Assembly: GCA_046563655.1 (NCBI GenBank)
Contig: CM102285.1
Location: 6,200,001-6,264,000 of the forward strand
Direction of reading: 5' to 3'
DNA length: 64,000 bases
Source: Yuukianura sp. NJ FZ-2021
Taxonomy: Eukaryota
The stretch's first letter is position 1. Each line of letters opens with the position of its first letter. This document shows, piece by piece, positions 1 through 10,556 of the stretch. The translations under genes were made by a program, and so were the position numbers. Under the pieces are notes generated by a model. The model did not search any database and was not told where the DNA came from. It saw only the letters and a program-made list of their open reading frames with translations.

Positions 1-1660
1 CTAAAAATATTTTATCGGAGCTATGGAAACGTAGCCTGCAAATGTGGTTGGAAAAATAGCTCCCACAAGATGTAGACAATTTATCCCCCACCCCACCGTC
101 CAGAGAACGAAAGTAGAGTGCCTCAGCGAGCCGCTGTGGTAACATATCCCATAGTGGTTGTACGATCAGCGTCAACTTGAGGAACGTGCGTTTGAAACAC
201 ATACTTGGACTGTTTGCCCTCAAAATTTTTTATCGGAGCTGTGGAAACGTAGCCTGCAAACGTCCTTGAAAAAATAGCACCCACAAGAACTAGACAATTT
301 ATCCCCCCCCCCCATCCAGAGAACGAGAGTAGAGTGCATCAGCGAGCCGCTGTGGTAGCAATCTTATAGTCGTTGTACGATCAGCGTCAACTTGAGGAAC
401 GTGCGTTTGAAACACATACTTGGACTGTTTGCCCTCAAAATTTTTTATCGGAGCTGCGGAAACGTAGCCTGCAAATGTCGTTGAAAAATAGCACCCACAA
501 GAAGTAGACAATTTATCCCCCCCACATCCAGGGAACGTGAGTAGAGTGCATTAGCGAGCCGCTGTGGTAACATATCCCATAGTGGTTGTACGATCAGCCT
601 AAACTTGAGGAACGTGCGTTTGAAACACATACTTGGACTGTTTGCACTAAAAATATTTTATCGGAGCTATGGAAACGTAGCCTGCAAATGTGGTTGGAAA
701 AATAGCTCCCACAAGATGTAGACAATTTATCCCCCACCCCACCGTCCAGAGAACGAAAGTAGAGTGCCTCAGCGAGCCGCTGTGGTAACATATCCCATAG
801 TGGTTGTACGATCAGCGTCAACTTGAGGAACGTGCATTTGAAACACATGCTTGGACTGTTTGCACTCAAAATTTTTTATCGGAGCTGTGGAAACGTAGCC
901 TGCAAACGTCCTTGAAAAAATAGCACCCACAAGAAGTAGACAATTTATCCCCCCCCCCATCCAGAGAACGAGAGTAGAGTGCATCAGCGAGCCGCTGTGG
1001 TAGCAATCACATAGTCGTTGTACGATTAGCGTCAACTTGAGGAACGTGCGTTGAAACACATACTGGGACTGTTTGCACTCAAAATTTTTTATCGGAGCTG
1101 TGGAAACGTAGCCTGCAAATGTCGTTGGAAAATAGCACCCACAAGAAGTAGACAATTTATCCCCCCCACATCCAGGGAACGTGAGTAGAGTGCATTAGCG
1201 AGCCGCTGTGGTAACATATCCCATAGTGGTTGTACGATCAGCCTAATCTTGAGGAACGTGCGTTTGAAACACATACTTGGACTGTTTGCACTAAAAATAT
1301 TTTATCGGAGCTATGGAAACGTAGCCTGCAAATGTGGTTGGAAAAATAGCTCCCACAAGATGTAGACAATTTATCCCCCACCCCACCGTCCAGAGAACGA
1401 AAGTAGAGTGCCTCAGCGAGCCGCTGTGGTAACATATCCCATAGTGGTTGTACGATCAGCGTCAACTTGAGGAACGTGCGTTTGAAACACATACTTGGAC
1501 TGTTTGCACTCAAAATATTTTATCGGAGCTATGGAAACGTAGCCTGCAAATGTCGTTGGAAAAATAGCACCCACAAGATGTAGACAATTTATCCCCCTCC
1601 CCCATCCAGGGAACGAGAGTAGAGTGCATCAGCGAACTGCTGTGATAACATATCCCATTG
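1..1660. repeat. Tandem satellite, ~215-bp monomer arranged as a 3-monomer (~645 bp) higher-order repeat; runs off the window start
   Basis: The variant 'ctaaaaatattttatcggagctatgg' recurs at 1, 647 and 1291. Monomers cycle A-B-C-A-B-C-A by diagnostic variants. About 7.7 monomers are visible. Confidence 0.95.
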
Positions 1661-1870
1661 TCGTTCTTTTTGGTGCAATTCAACTCATGCACAAAATAAG
1701 ATCTCACATTCACACTGAAAATTTTTAGCTACGTTTCAGAGCATCAATTACATGGAAACGGTTTTTCAGTTCGTCCACAGTTTTGCGGTAGGCCGGTCTC
1801 AATGTCGCATCAATTGTCAACTTCCTCCAGAAGACCTATGCTCAACCCTTGAGCATTGCCCTACCTTGTT
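1661..1870 (+). mobile_element. Dispersed repeat end with terminal hairpin (Helitron/Helentron-like 3' end) adjoining the satellite
   Basis: Hairpin ATGCTCAA-ccc-TTGAGCAT at 1838-1856, followed by tgccctac and a T-run. Homologous copies lie at ~10250-10365 (+) and ~36778-36980 (-). Confidence 0.55.
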
Positions 1871-2497
1871 TTATTCCAAACTAGGCTTTTGCATTGCCTG
1901 CAGCAATGCAAATAGCCTAGAGTATTGCGTGTGTAACCAGATTAACAAACTAACTTCACACAAAAATATTAATCACAATTGCGAATGCACCAATTTTAAA
2001 AGAATTCCAGCGTGGCGTGGGTACAATCACCGTCGTCTAATCCTTAGTTCCACCAAGATCTACTCAAGAGAGAGCAGTTCCATCCAATCCTCCAAACAGG
2101 TCCATCAACTGCTCCTGCCGTGAAATTGGAAAACTCCACCGTATTCTGCTCTATTCCACTCATCTCAACTACTCTTGCCTGTTCTCACAGAAACCAAGTC
2201 TCTCTTTATGTAGAGGATTTGAAGAGTTCCGTATTCCGTCTACAATATATCTCATCAAACAAAAAACTAAACTCTAATTCCATTATTAATTTCACATTGC
2301 CAATAACTAAATAATTATTCTTCTTTGTAGATACCACTTAACACGTGTATAATCAAATTTTACTTCAAAGCATAACACAGAATAAAAACATAGACAATAA
2401 TGTCAACTTCTGATTTAATGCACAGTACATTTTGCAGTAAAGTGAAAAGGGACTGTGTTAACGCAGAGTACATTATTGATATCAACATGAGAAATTG

Positions 2498-2686
2498 TCA
2501 GGATTTCCATTCCTCATTGACTTCGGAAAAAGAAAACCCAGTGATTTGTTGAGATATTGTAATAAAGTAAACGATGAGCCTCCGGGAATTTTTCATCGAA
2601 CCACCATTGGTAAGTTCGTCTATTGCGTAACCGGAATATCCAGATGGCATGTCGTCAGAAGAAATTTTTCCAAACATATCAAGCAC
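2498..2686 (-). pseudogene. Degenerate fragment of a UGT paralogue
   Basis: ISSDDMPSGYSGYAIDE resembles LLSDDMPPPYSGYSVTE of the adjacent UGT. The flanks do not stay in frame. Confidence 0.5.
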
Positions 2687-2732
2687 GATTATATACTTTT
2701 ACCAGGGTTATGTCGCCTTAACATTTATATCT

Positions 2733-4409
2733 TTATTCATTTTTAAACGCCACAGACTCAACCACGTCGGCAGCGCGCGATTGGCAGTTGGTAGTGCGAA
2801 TTCGAGCGCCAATTGTATTCATGCGATTCTTCAACAACTTGTCCTTGAGAATCAATTCAATGCTACTCAACAATTGTTCTTCAGTGACGTCGTACGGAGG
2901 AAACTGGAGTCCGAGCCCTGTTTCTGCAATTCGCGTGGCGTTGTCATGTGCGTCCGAACAAAGTGGCAACACAATGCACGGTTTTCCAAAGTAAAACGAC
3001 TCTGTCACAGTGTTGTTTCCGCCATGCGTGATGACTAAATCCACCAGAGGGAGTATCAATGTCTGTGGAACGTTGTTGTCTCCCCACATGTTGTCAGGCA
3101 TTTCAAGCTCATCTCCAACAGGCCCTAATTTTTTCAACACAAAAAGTTAAGATTTTAGAGCTTATGTTTTGAGAATATGATCTTTGACCTTAGGATGACC
3201 ATCACTCACCTTTGGCAGCAATGAACCTATGAGGAGATTTGGCCAAGATGCCAATCAGTTTCCGCATGAGGCCAAGCTCACTTGATCCGAGGGTTCCCAT
3301 TGAAAAGTAAATTAAGTTTCCGGGTAAATCTTTGATTTTGGCGGGAATTTCGAAAGTTCCTTCCGCTTCCCGCATAAACGCATCAAACCGGTGCCAGTTA
3401 CCACGGTTTCCGTCGAAACTGTCATACATCAACTCCCGAGGGTACATGCATATATTTGCGTACGGAGAGTAGTTTAACCAAAGGGGTCCTTCAAGGGTAA
3501 GCTGTGGTCCACCATGTTCGACAACCCAAGAACTGAATTCGGCAAATGCCTTACAATTAACAGCTTTGTATTTTTCCACAAACTGTTGCCATTTCGCGGT
3601 GTTCCGTTCCGTCACTGAGTAACCGGAGTACGGTGGTGGCATATCGTCAGATAGAAGTGTTACGAGTGGACACAATGACGTAGAAAAGATCCACGGAATT
3701 CCTAGAGAAATATTTTTCAAAGTGATTTTTGCGTAATTTACAGTTGAACAAATTAATTGAGTTGGATTTTCCCTATACACGCTACATTGGCACTAAACGG
3801 CTCTAGTCGAGAAAACCGTGACTTTTCTTTTTTTGCACTGGGTTAAAAAATATAAATGCATGTTATAGTATTTATTGATTACCTTGATCCATTAGCGCCG
3901 GCATTTGTAAAACGTGGTCGACTACGATTACATCTGGCTTCACTTTAGCCACAATTTCCCTAACTTTAGAATCCGCTTCCTTTGTAACTCTCAACAATTC
4001 CTGGAAAAGAGGCGGATACAAATTTCTGAAAATTCAAACCAAAATATTTATTTGAAACTGAAATTTAAAAATTTTTGATTTTTTTTTCAATTTGTTGTAC
4101 AATTTTAATACCAAAAAAATATGCCTACACTTACTCTATTTGCAGAAATGGTGGCAATGCAAGTCCAGGAGCCATGGCGCCAATCATCTCACTCCATTTT
4201 CCTTTAGGCACCGGCGCAACGCTTTCATTTTCAAACAGTTCTTCTTCAAATCCAAGTGGAATTAACATTCCCTTCCAGTTATTCGGGGTGATAAAGGTCA
4301 CACGGTGACCTCGCTTTAGTAGCTGCTGACCAATCCCTATGCAAGCATTCAAGTGACCCACGCCTTCAAGAACAGCAAACATAAACGTCTGCTTCTGTTT
4401 GTTTCCCAT
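2733..4409 (-). CDS. UDP-glycosyltransferase (GT1, bacterial MGT/YjiC-like cytosolic type), 4 exons, ~433 aa
   Basis: GT-AG exons 4409-4135, 4025-3883, 3701-3210 and 3124-2733 join in frame. Motifs: GVGHLNA..GHRVTF, IYFSMGT, and the UGT signature VPQTLIL..VITHGGNNTVTESFYFGKP..LP..D..DNA. No signal peptide or C-terminal TM helix. Confidence 0.92.
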
Positions 4410-5085
4410 TTGTAATACTTTGAAAACTCAAGTAAGATTTTTGCAAGAACCAAGTTAGATACTACTGCTACGTGCTAACAATTTATAGATTTTATGTCTT
4501 TGTGAAATCCGCGATTGTTAATTTACCAAGAAAAGCACGCAAGTATTTGCGCAACTTCTAAGAAGAGGAAGACAAGCTCCTTTCATAGCGTGGTTGAAAA
4601 ATCCCAAAGAAACATTTCTTTTGTAAGTTTCTTTTGCAATTAGACTAACAAGACTCACATGGGAGTAGTTTTAGGGAAACATGAATGTTGTTTTAGTCAT
4701 AATTAATACTTCTGTCTCACTTACGTATACTTATTTAATTATTGTAGTTATTAACTTAATTAAACTTGCAGTTGAAATGCTCATTGGAAAATTAAGTTGT
4801 AGCACACCAAGTTCTTGCCGTCTTATTAGGTATTGCGACACCAGAGGGTCTTGCTATTTAAAAATTCTTTACTTTTCAAATCCCATTTTTACGTGCAACG
4901 AGCAGTTGTTTCGCAATATACGCGCGCCAATCACGCTAACGCAATTTCTCGCCACTTTTTTAGTAACAATTTATAGAGACATAATTTCTACTACTGATGT
5001 CACCATACTAGGGGAAATCCATCTTTCCACTGTGCACATTTGAAGCTATACAATATTGTATTCGTTTGTGTTAATAATTTCTACA

Positions 5086-6471
5086 CTACGAGATTGCTAC
5101 GAGGAGGTTGATGAGGTTGAAGATAACAATGTCATTGAGGATGCTTAGAAATGTTATTTTTGAAACAATGCAACACTTCCCTAGTTTCCAATGCAAGGCA
5201 TGGTATGATCTGAATTCCCGCTGCGTCATGGCTTCAAGTATCCGGTTGCGTCGAAGTGTCCCGCCACTATAGACAATGCACGTCCCCGAAGTTTTGGTGA
5301 TTCGATTACCTAGTGCGAGCAATGTTTGAAGTACGGTCCAATTGATTGCAAGCAGCCAAAGCGAAGTTGTGAAGGTCAAGAGGTCAAAGTCGAAGCGAAT
5401 CAGCGCAAAAGGACAAAATATAAGAAGAGATTCTCCCGTCAACAAAGATGGCGTCGCTAGATTGTTCATCAAAAAGTCGTGAACGATCTTGTGATTGACT
5501 TCCAACGTTCTGTACAGTAAGTGAAACTGTTTCCGGCTTTTCCAGCCCTTATCAGCACTTGATTTCCTATTCATAAATATAAACTTCTTCCGTAACGTTT
5601 AATAGAACACAAACTTTTTAAAACTTGGCTAAACTTTTGTTAAAACTGTTTTTTACCCAAGTTCAATGCCCATTTTGAGGAAGTTTAATGTAGAATGTAG
5701 ATGAATTACTCCCATAAAAACTAGGGTAAATGACATAATAACGTTGAAATAGGCAAGGGTGGTAAGTACTCCCATAATTGGAATTGTTACAAAAATGGAA
5801 CCGAAATTTAGTAATCGAAACAGTGGCGCATTTGCTTCAACTGCAAGAACCCCTCCAACACTAATCACCAGTTGAACCACTATTGAAACGTTTATAGAGA
5901 ACATCATGCATTTGTGTACAGCGGCATCTGATTTTAGTATCTCTGGCGTCATTTCAATCAAACTTTCTAAAAAATCAACAAATTTGAAATTTGGGGCAAA
6001 GCATTGAGCTCAAGAAGGAATTTAATTATAGTATGCATTTAAATTGAAGTAAAACCTAAATTATTCATTTTTACTTAATAATTTCACTGTATGATAATTA
6101 AATTAATGTTGTAAAGACATACCTGTTAGCCCATGTAGAAATACGTTTCCGTTGATCACCATCATGACTTCTTTTGAAAAGAAATGAAACACTACGTAAT
6201 TGAAACAATAAATATAAAATACAATCCCCAAGATACCTCCAATAATAGCTTCGTACTGATTTGACTCTGCAGTTGTCCATAATGCTGACGTGAAATAACC
6301 CGCTGCCACAAGTAAACATGTCATCTGAAGGATATTTGGAAGATGCCCTTTGACACCACGTCTTGGTTTTAAACATATGCGCTTGGTTTTTGTTGACCAA
6401 TGAAGCCTATGAAGTCCAAATCTATTGCCCATTTGGAGGCACCAAAGTAATGGTTCTAGCAATTTTTCCAT
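5086..6471 (-). CDS. Divergent gustatory-receptor-like multi-TM chemoreceptor, 3 exons (copy A)
   Basis: Hydrophobic ORF segments 6103-6492, 5653-5961 and 5086-5574 are separated by short AT-rich introns. C-terminal KITFLSILNDIVIFNLINLLVA resembles GR TM7. Paralogue of 7902-9240. Confidence 0.7.
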
Positions 6472-6927
6472 GGCGTAACGCTTAAACTTCAAAAATTGAA
6501 TTGGTCTTTTTCAAAATCCAAACTGCTTATGGCAAATACAAACCGTTGCAAGGCTTTCATAGAGCAGTAATAACACTCTAATCGTGGCTTCATTTTCGCT
6601 CTGTTTACACAGTTATCATGTTATTGAGGCTTTTATATAAAGTAAATTCAAAAATCGAACCAATTGAAGGCGGAGATACACGAATTTCCCCTGTGTAAAA
6701 TCCAACTTGAGCAAAAATTTTAATTCATGCCCTACTCCGATGTGTTAATTTTCGTTGTACTCTAAAAACATCATAAGTATGTCCTGTACGTCTTTTTACT
6801 TAACAAGAGGAAAAAAAATAGTTGATTTTGAGTAAAGAAAAAATGAAATCAGCAAATGAATTGCCGTACCAAGCAATTACACACACAACTTTCCGTGTCA
6901 CACAAATAATCCACGTTACAGACAGAC

Positions 6928-7842
6928 GGGTCCATGCCAATACATCAAAAAAAAGACATCAACTGAAAAGACATCAACACAAAAGACATCAAATAAAAAG
7001 ACATCAACAATGTAAACACATCAACAATGAAAACACATCAACCCAAAACACATCAACTGAAAAGACATCAACAATGCAATCCGGCATCCGGAAGTATATT
7101 CGACGCATCTCCAATATACAGAATCCTTCCGAGAAACGGCTTTCGAAAAAATAAAGCCTTTGATTAAGAGGAGTGGATTACCTCTTTGGCTTTTGGCGAA
7201 TTCCAGTGGCATAATCTAAAAGTATACGGAAGTTTGTACTTAAATCATTGTATACATTTCTAATTTTTATGTAATATAACAAAGTTTTGTATAATAGTAT
7301 ATTTTACATTTATCTTACCTCGGTTTGACGCTTCAGATGTTCGTTAGAGTCGAATAAAGTTCATGGGCTGATTCAAAATTAATTGAGACTTGGCTAAACC
7401 GATTAATTACAGCGACCACGATGAAAAAAATTATTTGTCAAACTGTTTTTTTTTTTACTTTAGTTTTTCAGAATTTTATTGAATTTCTTCCCGCAAGTTT
7501 TATCGCAGTCTCATTTCAACAAAAAAATTTTTTTTACAAAAGAAACAAAAAGCAGTTTCGTTGCGACAAAATAGCTTATTCCAATTTTAGGTAACCATAC
7601 GTTTTATGTCTTTTGGGTTGATGTGTTTTCATTGTTGATGTCTTTTGGGTTGATGTGTTTTGGGTTGATGTGTTTTCATAGTTGATGTGTTTGCATTGTT
7701 GATGTCTTTTCAGTTGATGTGTTTTGGGTTGATGTGTTTTCATTGTTGATGTGTTTACATTGTTGATGTCTTTTTATTTGATGTCTTTTGTGTTGATGTC
7801 TTTTCAGTTGATGTCTTTTTTTTGATGTATTGGCGTGCTTCG
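6928..7842. mobile_element. Non-autonomous Mutator-like (FLYWCH-MULE)/Foldback-type element
   Basis: 9-bp TSD CAGACAGAC (6919-6927 and 7843-7851). Long inverted arms built of ~15-bp (AAAAGACATCAAC) repeats. The internal minus ORF 7021-7212 encodes a FLYWCH N-half (SQRGNPLLLIKGFIF..YWRC..C). Confidence 0.8.
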
Positions 7843-7901
7843 CAGACAGACAGTATACCACACATTTTTTTCGGATTATAATTTAATAGATAATTTCTAA
7901 A

Positions 7902-9240
7902 TTAGGAGATTGCTACGAGTAGGTTGATGAGGTTGAAGATGACAATGTCTTTGAGGATACTTGGAAAAGTTATTTTGGAAACAGTGCAACACTTCCCTAG
8001 TTTCCAATGCAAGGCACGGTATGATCTGAATTCTCGCTGCGTCATGGCTTCAAGTGTCCGGTTGCGTCGAAATCTCCCACCACCATAGACGATGCACCTC
8101 TCCGAAGCCTTCGTGACTGCATTTCCTAGTGTAATTAATGATTGTAGTACGGTCCAGTTGATCACAAACAGCCAAAGAGATGTCGTGAAGGTCAAAAGGT
8201 CAAATTCGAAGCGAATCAGTCCAAAAGGACAAATTATAAGAACAGATTCTGCCGTGAACAGAGACGGCGTGGCAAGATAGGTTGTCAAAAAGTCATGAGC
8301 AACTATGTGATTCACTTCTAACGTTCTGAACAGCAAGTGAAACTGTTTCCGATTTTTCCAGCCCTTATCAGCGCTTGATTTCCTGTTCATAAATAAAAAT
8401 TTTTCCGGTAACGCTCATAATAGGAAATAAAATTTTAAAAAATTTGGTACACCTTTGTTAAAACTGTTTTTACCTAAGTTCGACACCCATTTTGAGGAAG
8501 TTTAATGTAGAAACCAGGTGAATTACCCCAAGGAAGATGAGGGTGTATGACATAATAACGTTGAAATAGGCAAGGATAGTAACTGTTACCATAATTGGCA
8601 TTGTTGCAAAAATGGAACCGAAATTTAGTAATCGAAAGAGCGGTGAATTTGTTTCAACTGCAAGAATAGTTCCTACCCCAATTACCAGTTGAACTACTAC
8701 AGAAATGTTTATAGAGGACATCATGAAATTGTGTACATTTGAATTTGTTTTCCGGATCTCTGGCGTCATTTCAATCAAACTTTCTAAAATCAACAAATTT
8801 GAAATGTGGACTAAAGCATTGGGCTATATCAAGCGATTAGTTTTTAATTTAAAAGTTTGAGTGTATGCTAATTAATACTGTAAAAACATACCTGCTAGCT
8901 CATGTACAAAGACATCTCCGTTGATTACCATCATAATTTCGTTTGGAAAGAAATGAAATATTACGTAATTGAAAAGATAAATTAAGAATACTATCCCCAT
9001 GATACCGGCAATCATACGTTCGTATTGATTTGAGTCCGAAGTTGTCACCATTGCGAATGTGAGATATCCCGTAATCATAAGTAAGGATGCCATCTGAAGT
9101 ATGTTTGGAAGGTGACCTTTGACTCCACTTTTTGGTTTTAGACATATACGCTTGTTTTTTGCGGACCACTGGAGTGAATGAAGTCTACAAATATCACCTA
9201 CTTTGAGGCACCAAAGTAATGGTTCTAACAATTCTTCCAT
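7902..9240 (-). CDS. Divergent gustatory-receptor-like chemoreceptor, 3 exons (copy B)
   Basis: ORF segments 8872-9240, 8470-8796 and 7902-8390 are collinear with copy A and share its intron positions. Confidence 0.7.
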
Positions 9241-10249
9241 GGCATTGGGTTAAGTTCAAAAATTGAACTGGTCTGTCTAAAATCTAAACTACGTATGGTA
9301 CCATATAGTACCTACAAACTGCGGCAAGACCTTGACGAAGCATTCGGAATTGCCAAATCGTAATTTCAGTTTTTGCAATGTTTACTCAGTTATCATGTAG
9401 TACATCATATGAACTTATGAAAATTTGAAAAAGGTTTCCTACAACATCCTAGAATTTTAAAATTCAAATTTTCATTGTCGTCATATCTGGTGAAATGTTA
9501 TAATGAAAATCAATAGTAAACTGGACGCAAACGAAAAGTTAAAATGTAAGTTTCAAAATTACACATACATACAAAAACAGAATGTCTAAAATTCTCATGT
9601 ATCAAACTCGAGTGAGCAAACAGGTTAACAGTTTTCTAATCGTCTATATTAGAAGTCATCTAAAACTTTAAAGTTACATTCTGGGGTTAAATGGCAAGCA
9701 GTTTTTTAAACCTAATTCCAGAATCAGCGTTTTGTGGAAGTGTTATTACTAGTAGTAAGCTATTGATTTCTTCATTGGCGATATTTGGAAAATTGACTTT
9801 GTGAAATTGTGCATGAAGAATTTCCTGACTTTTATTAAAAAACACTGAACGACTTAAATTCCCGCTCCGTTCCATGCTCGCTCAAAATTTCAATTGAACA
9901 CAAAAAGATTATATCAATTCAAACAAGTGTAATAACTACATAATAAATGTACAAACGACGAAGCCTTGTCAAATCAGTAACAAAAGCTGAGAATGCGTAC
10001 AACAAGAATAAGCCAAGAACAATTTGATGTAGACGTGCAGCATACTGCGACACAAATTGATTTTTTTAGGTTTCCCTCATAATATTTTCCAGTACTTGCA
10101 GTCATGATATTATTTTCTGGACAAATTGTTATCCTGCAATATACTAATAACCGGCAAGGGAAGCACTGGTAAATAACTTGAGCGTAAATAACTTGAAAAT
10201 TAGCAATAAACCTTGCAAATTAGCAATAAAGCAATGAATCTGTTGAAAA

Positions 10250-10365
10250 TGTTTTTCAAAGTTTTTCAACGGTTTTGCGACCGGTCTAAGTCATATCAGT
10301 TACCATGTTACCAACTCTATCCACAAGACCTGTGCTCAACCTTTGAGCACTACACTATCTTTTTT
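10250..10365 (+). repeat. Diverged copy of the 1661-1870 hairpin-ended repeat
   Basis: ccggtct...aagacctgtgctcaacctttgagcac matches 1795-1856. Confidence 0.65.
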
Positions 10366-10556
10366 ACGTTTCAAAAATATGACACACTTGAAACAATATT
10401 TATTTTTCTGCGTTTACTGCCATATGAAAAAAAGATATGCATCTGAACAACTTGAGTGGAATCACAACTTTTGAACAACCTATGTCTATTTGTTTCTTGA
10501 TAAATGGTAGATTAAATAAGCTGCACTCTCGCTAGAACGACTGCAGTCCAGCAAAG

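Noticed and set aside
1..1713. Repeated short minus-strand ORFs and a possible CRISPR-like array
   Set aside because: The ORFs are by-products of the satellite. The units are contiguous with no unique spacers, and the context is eukaryotic with no cas genes.
4681..5043. 120-aa plus-strand ORF between the UGT and GR A
   Set aside because: AT-rich intergenic sequence with no recognisable motif. Likely spurious.
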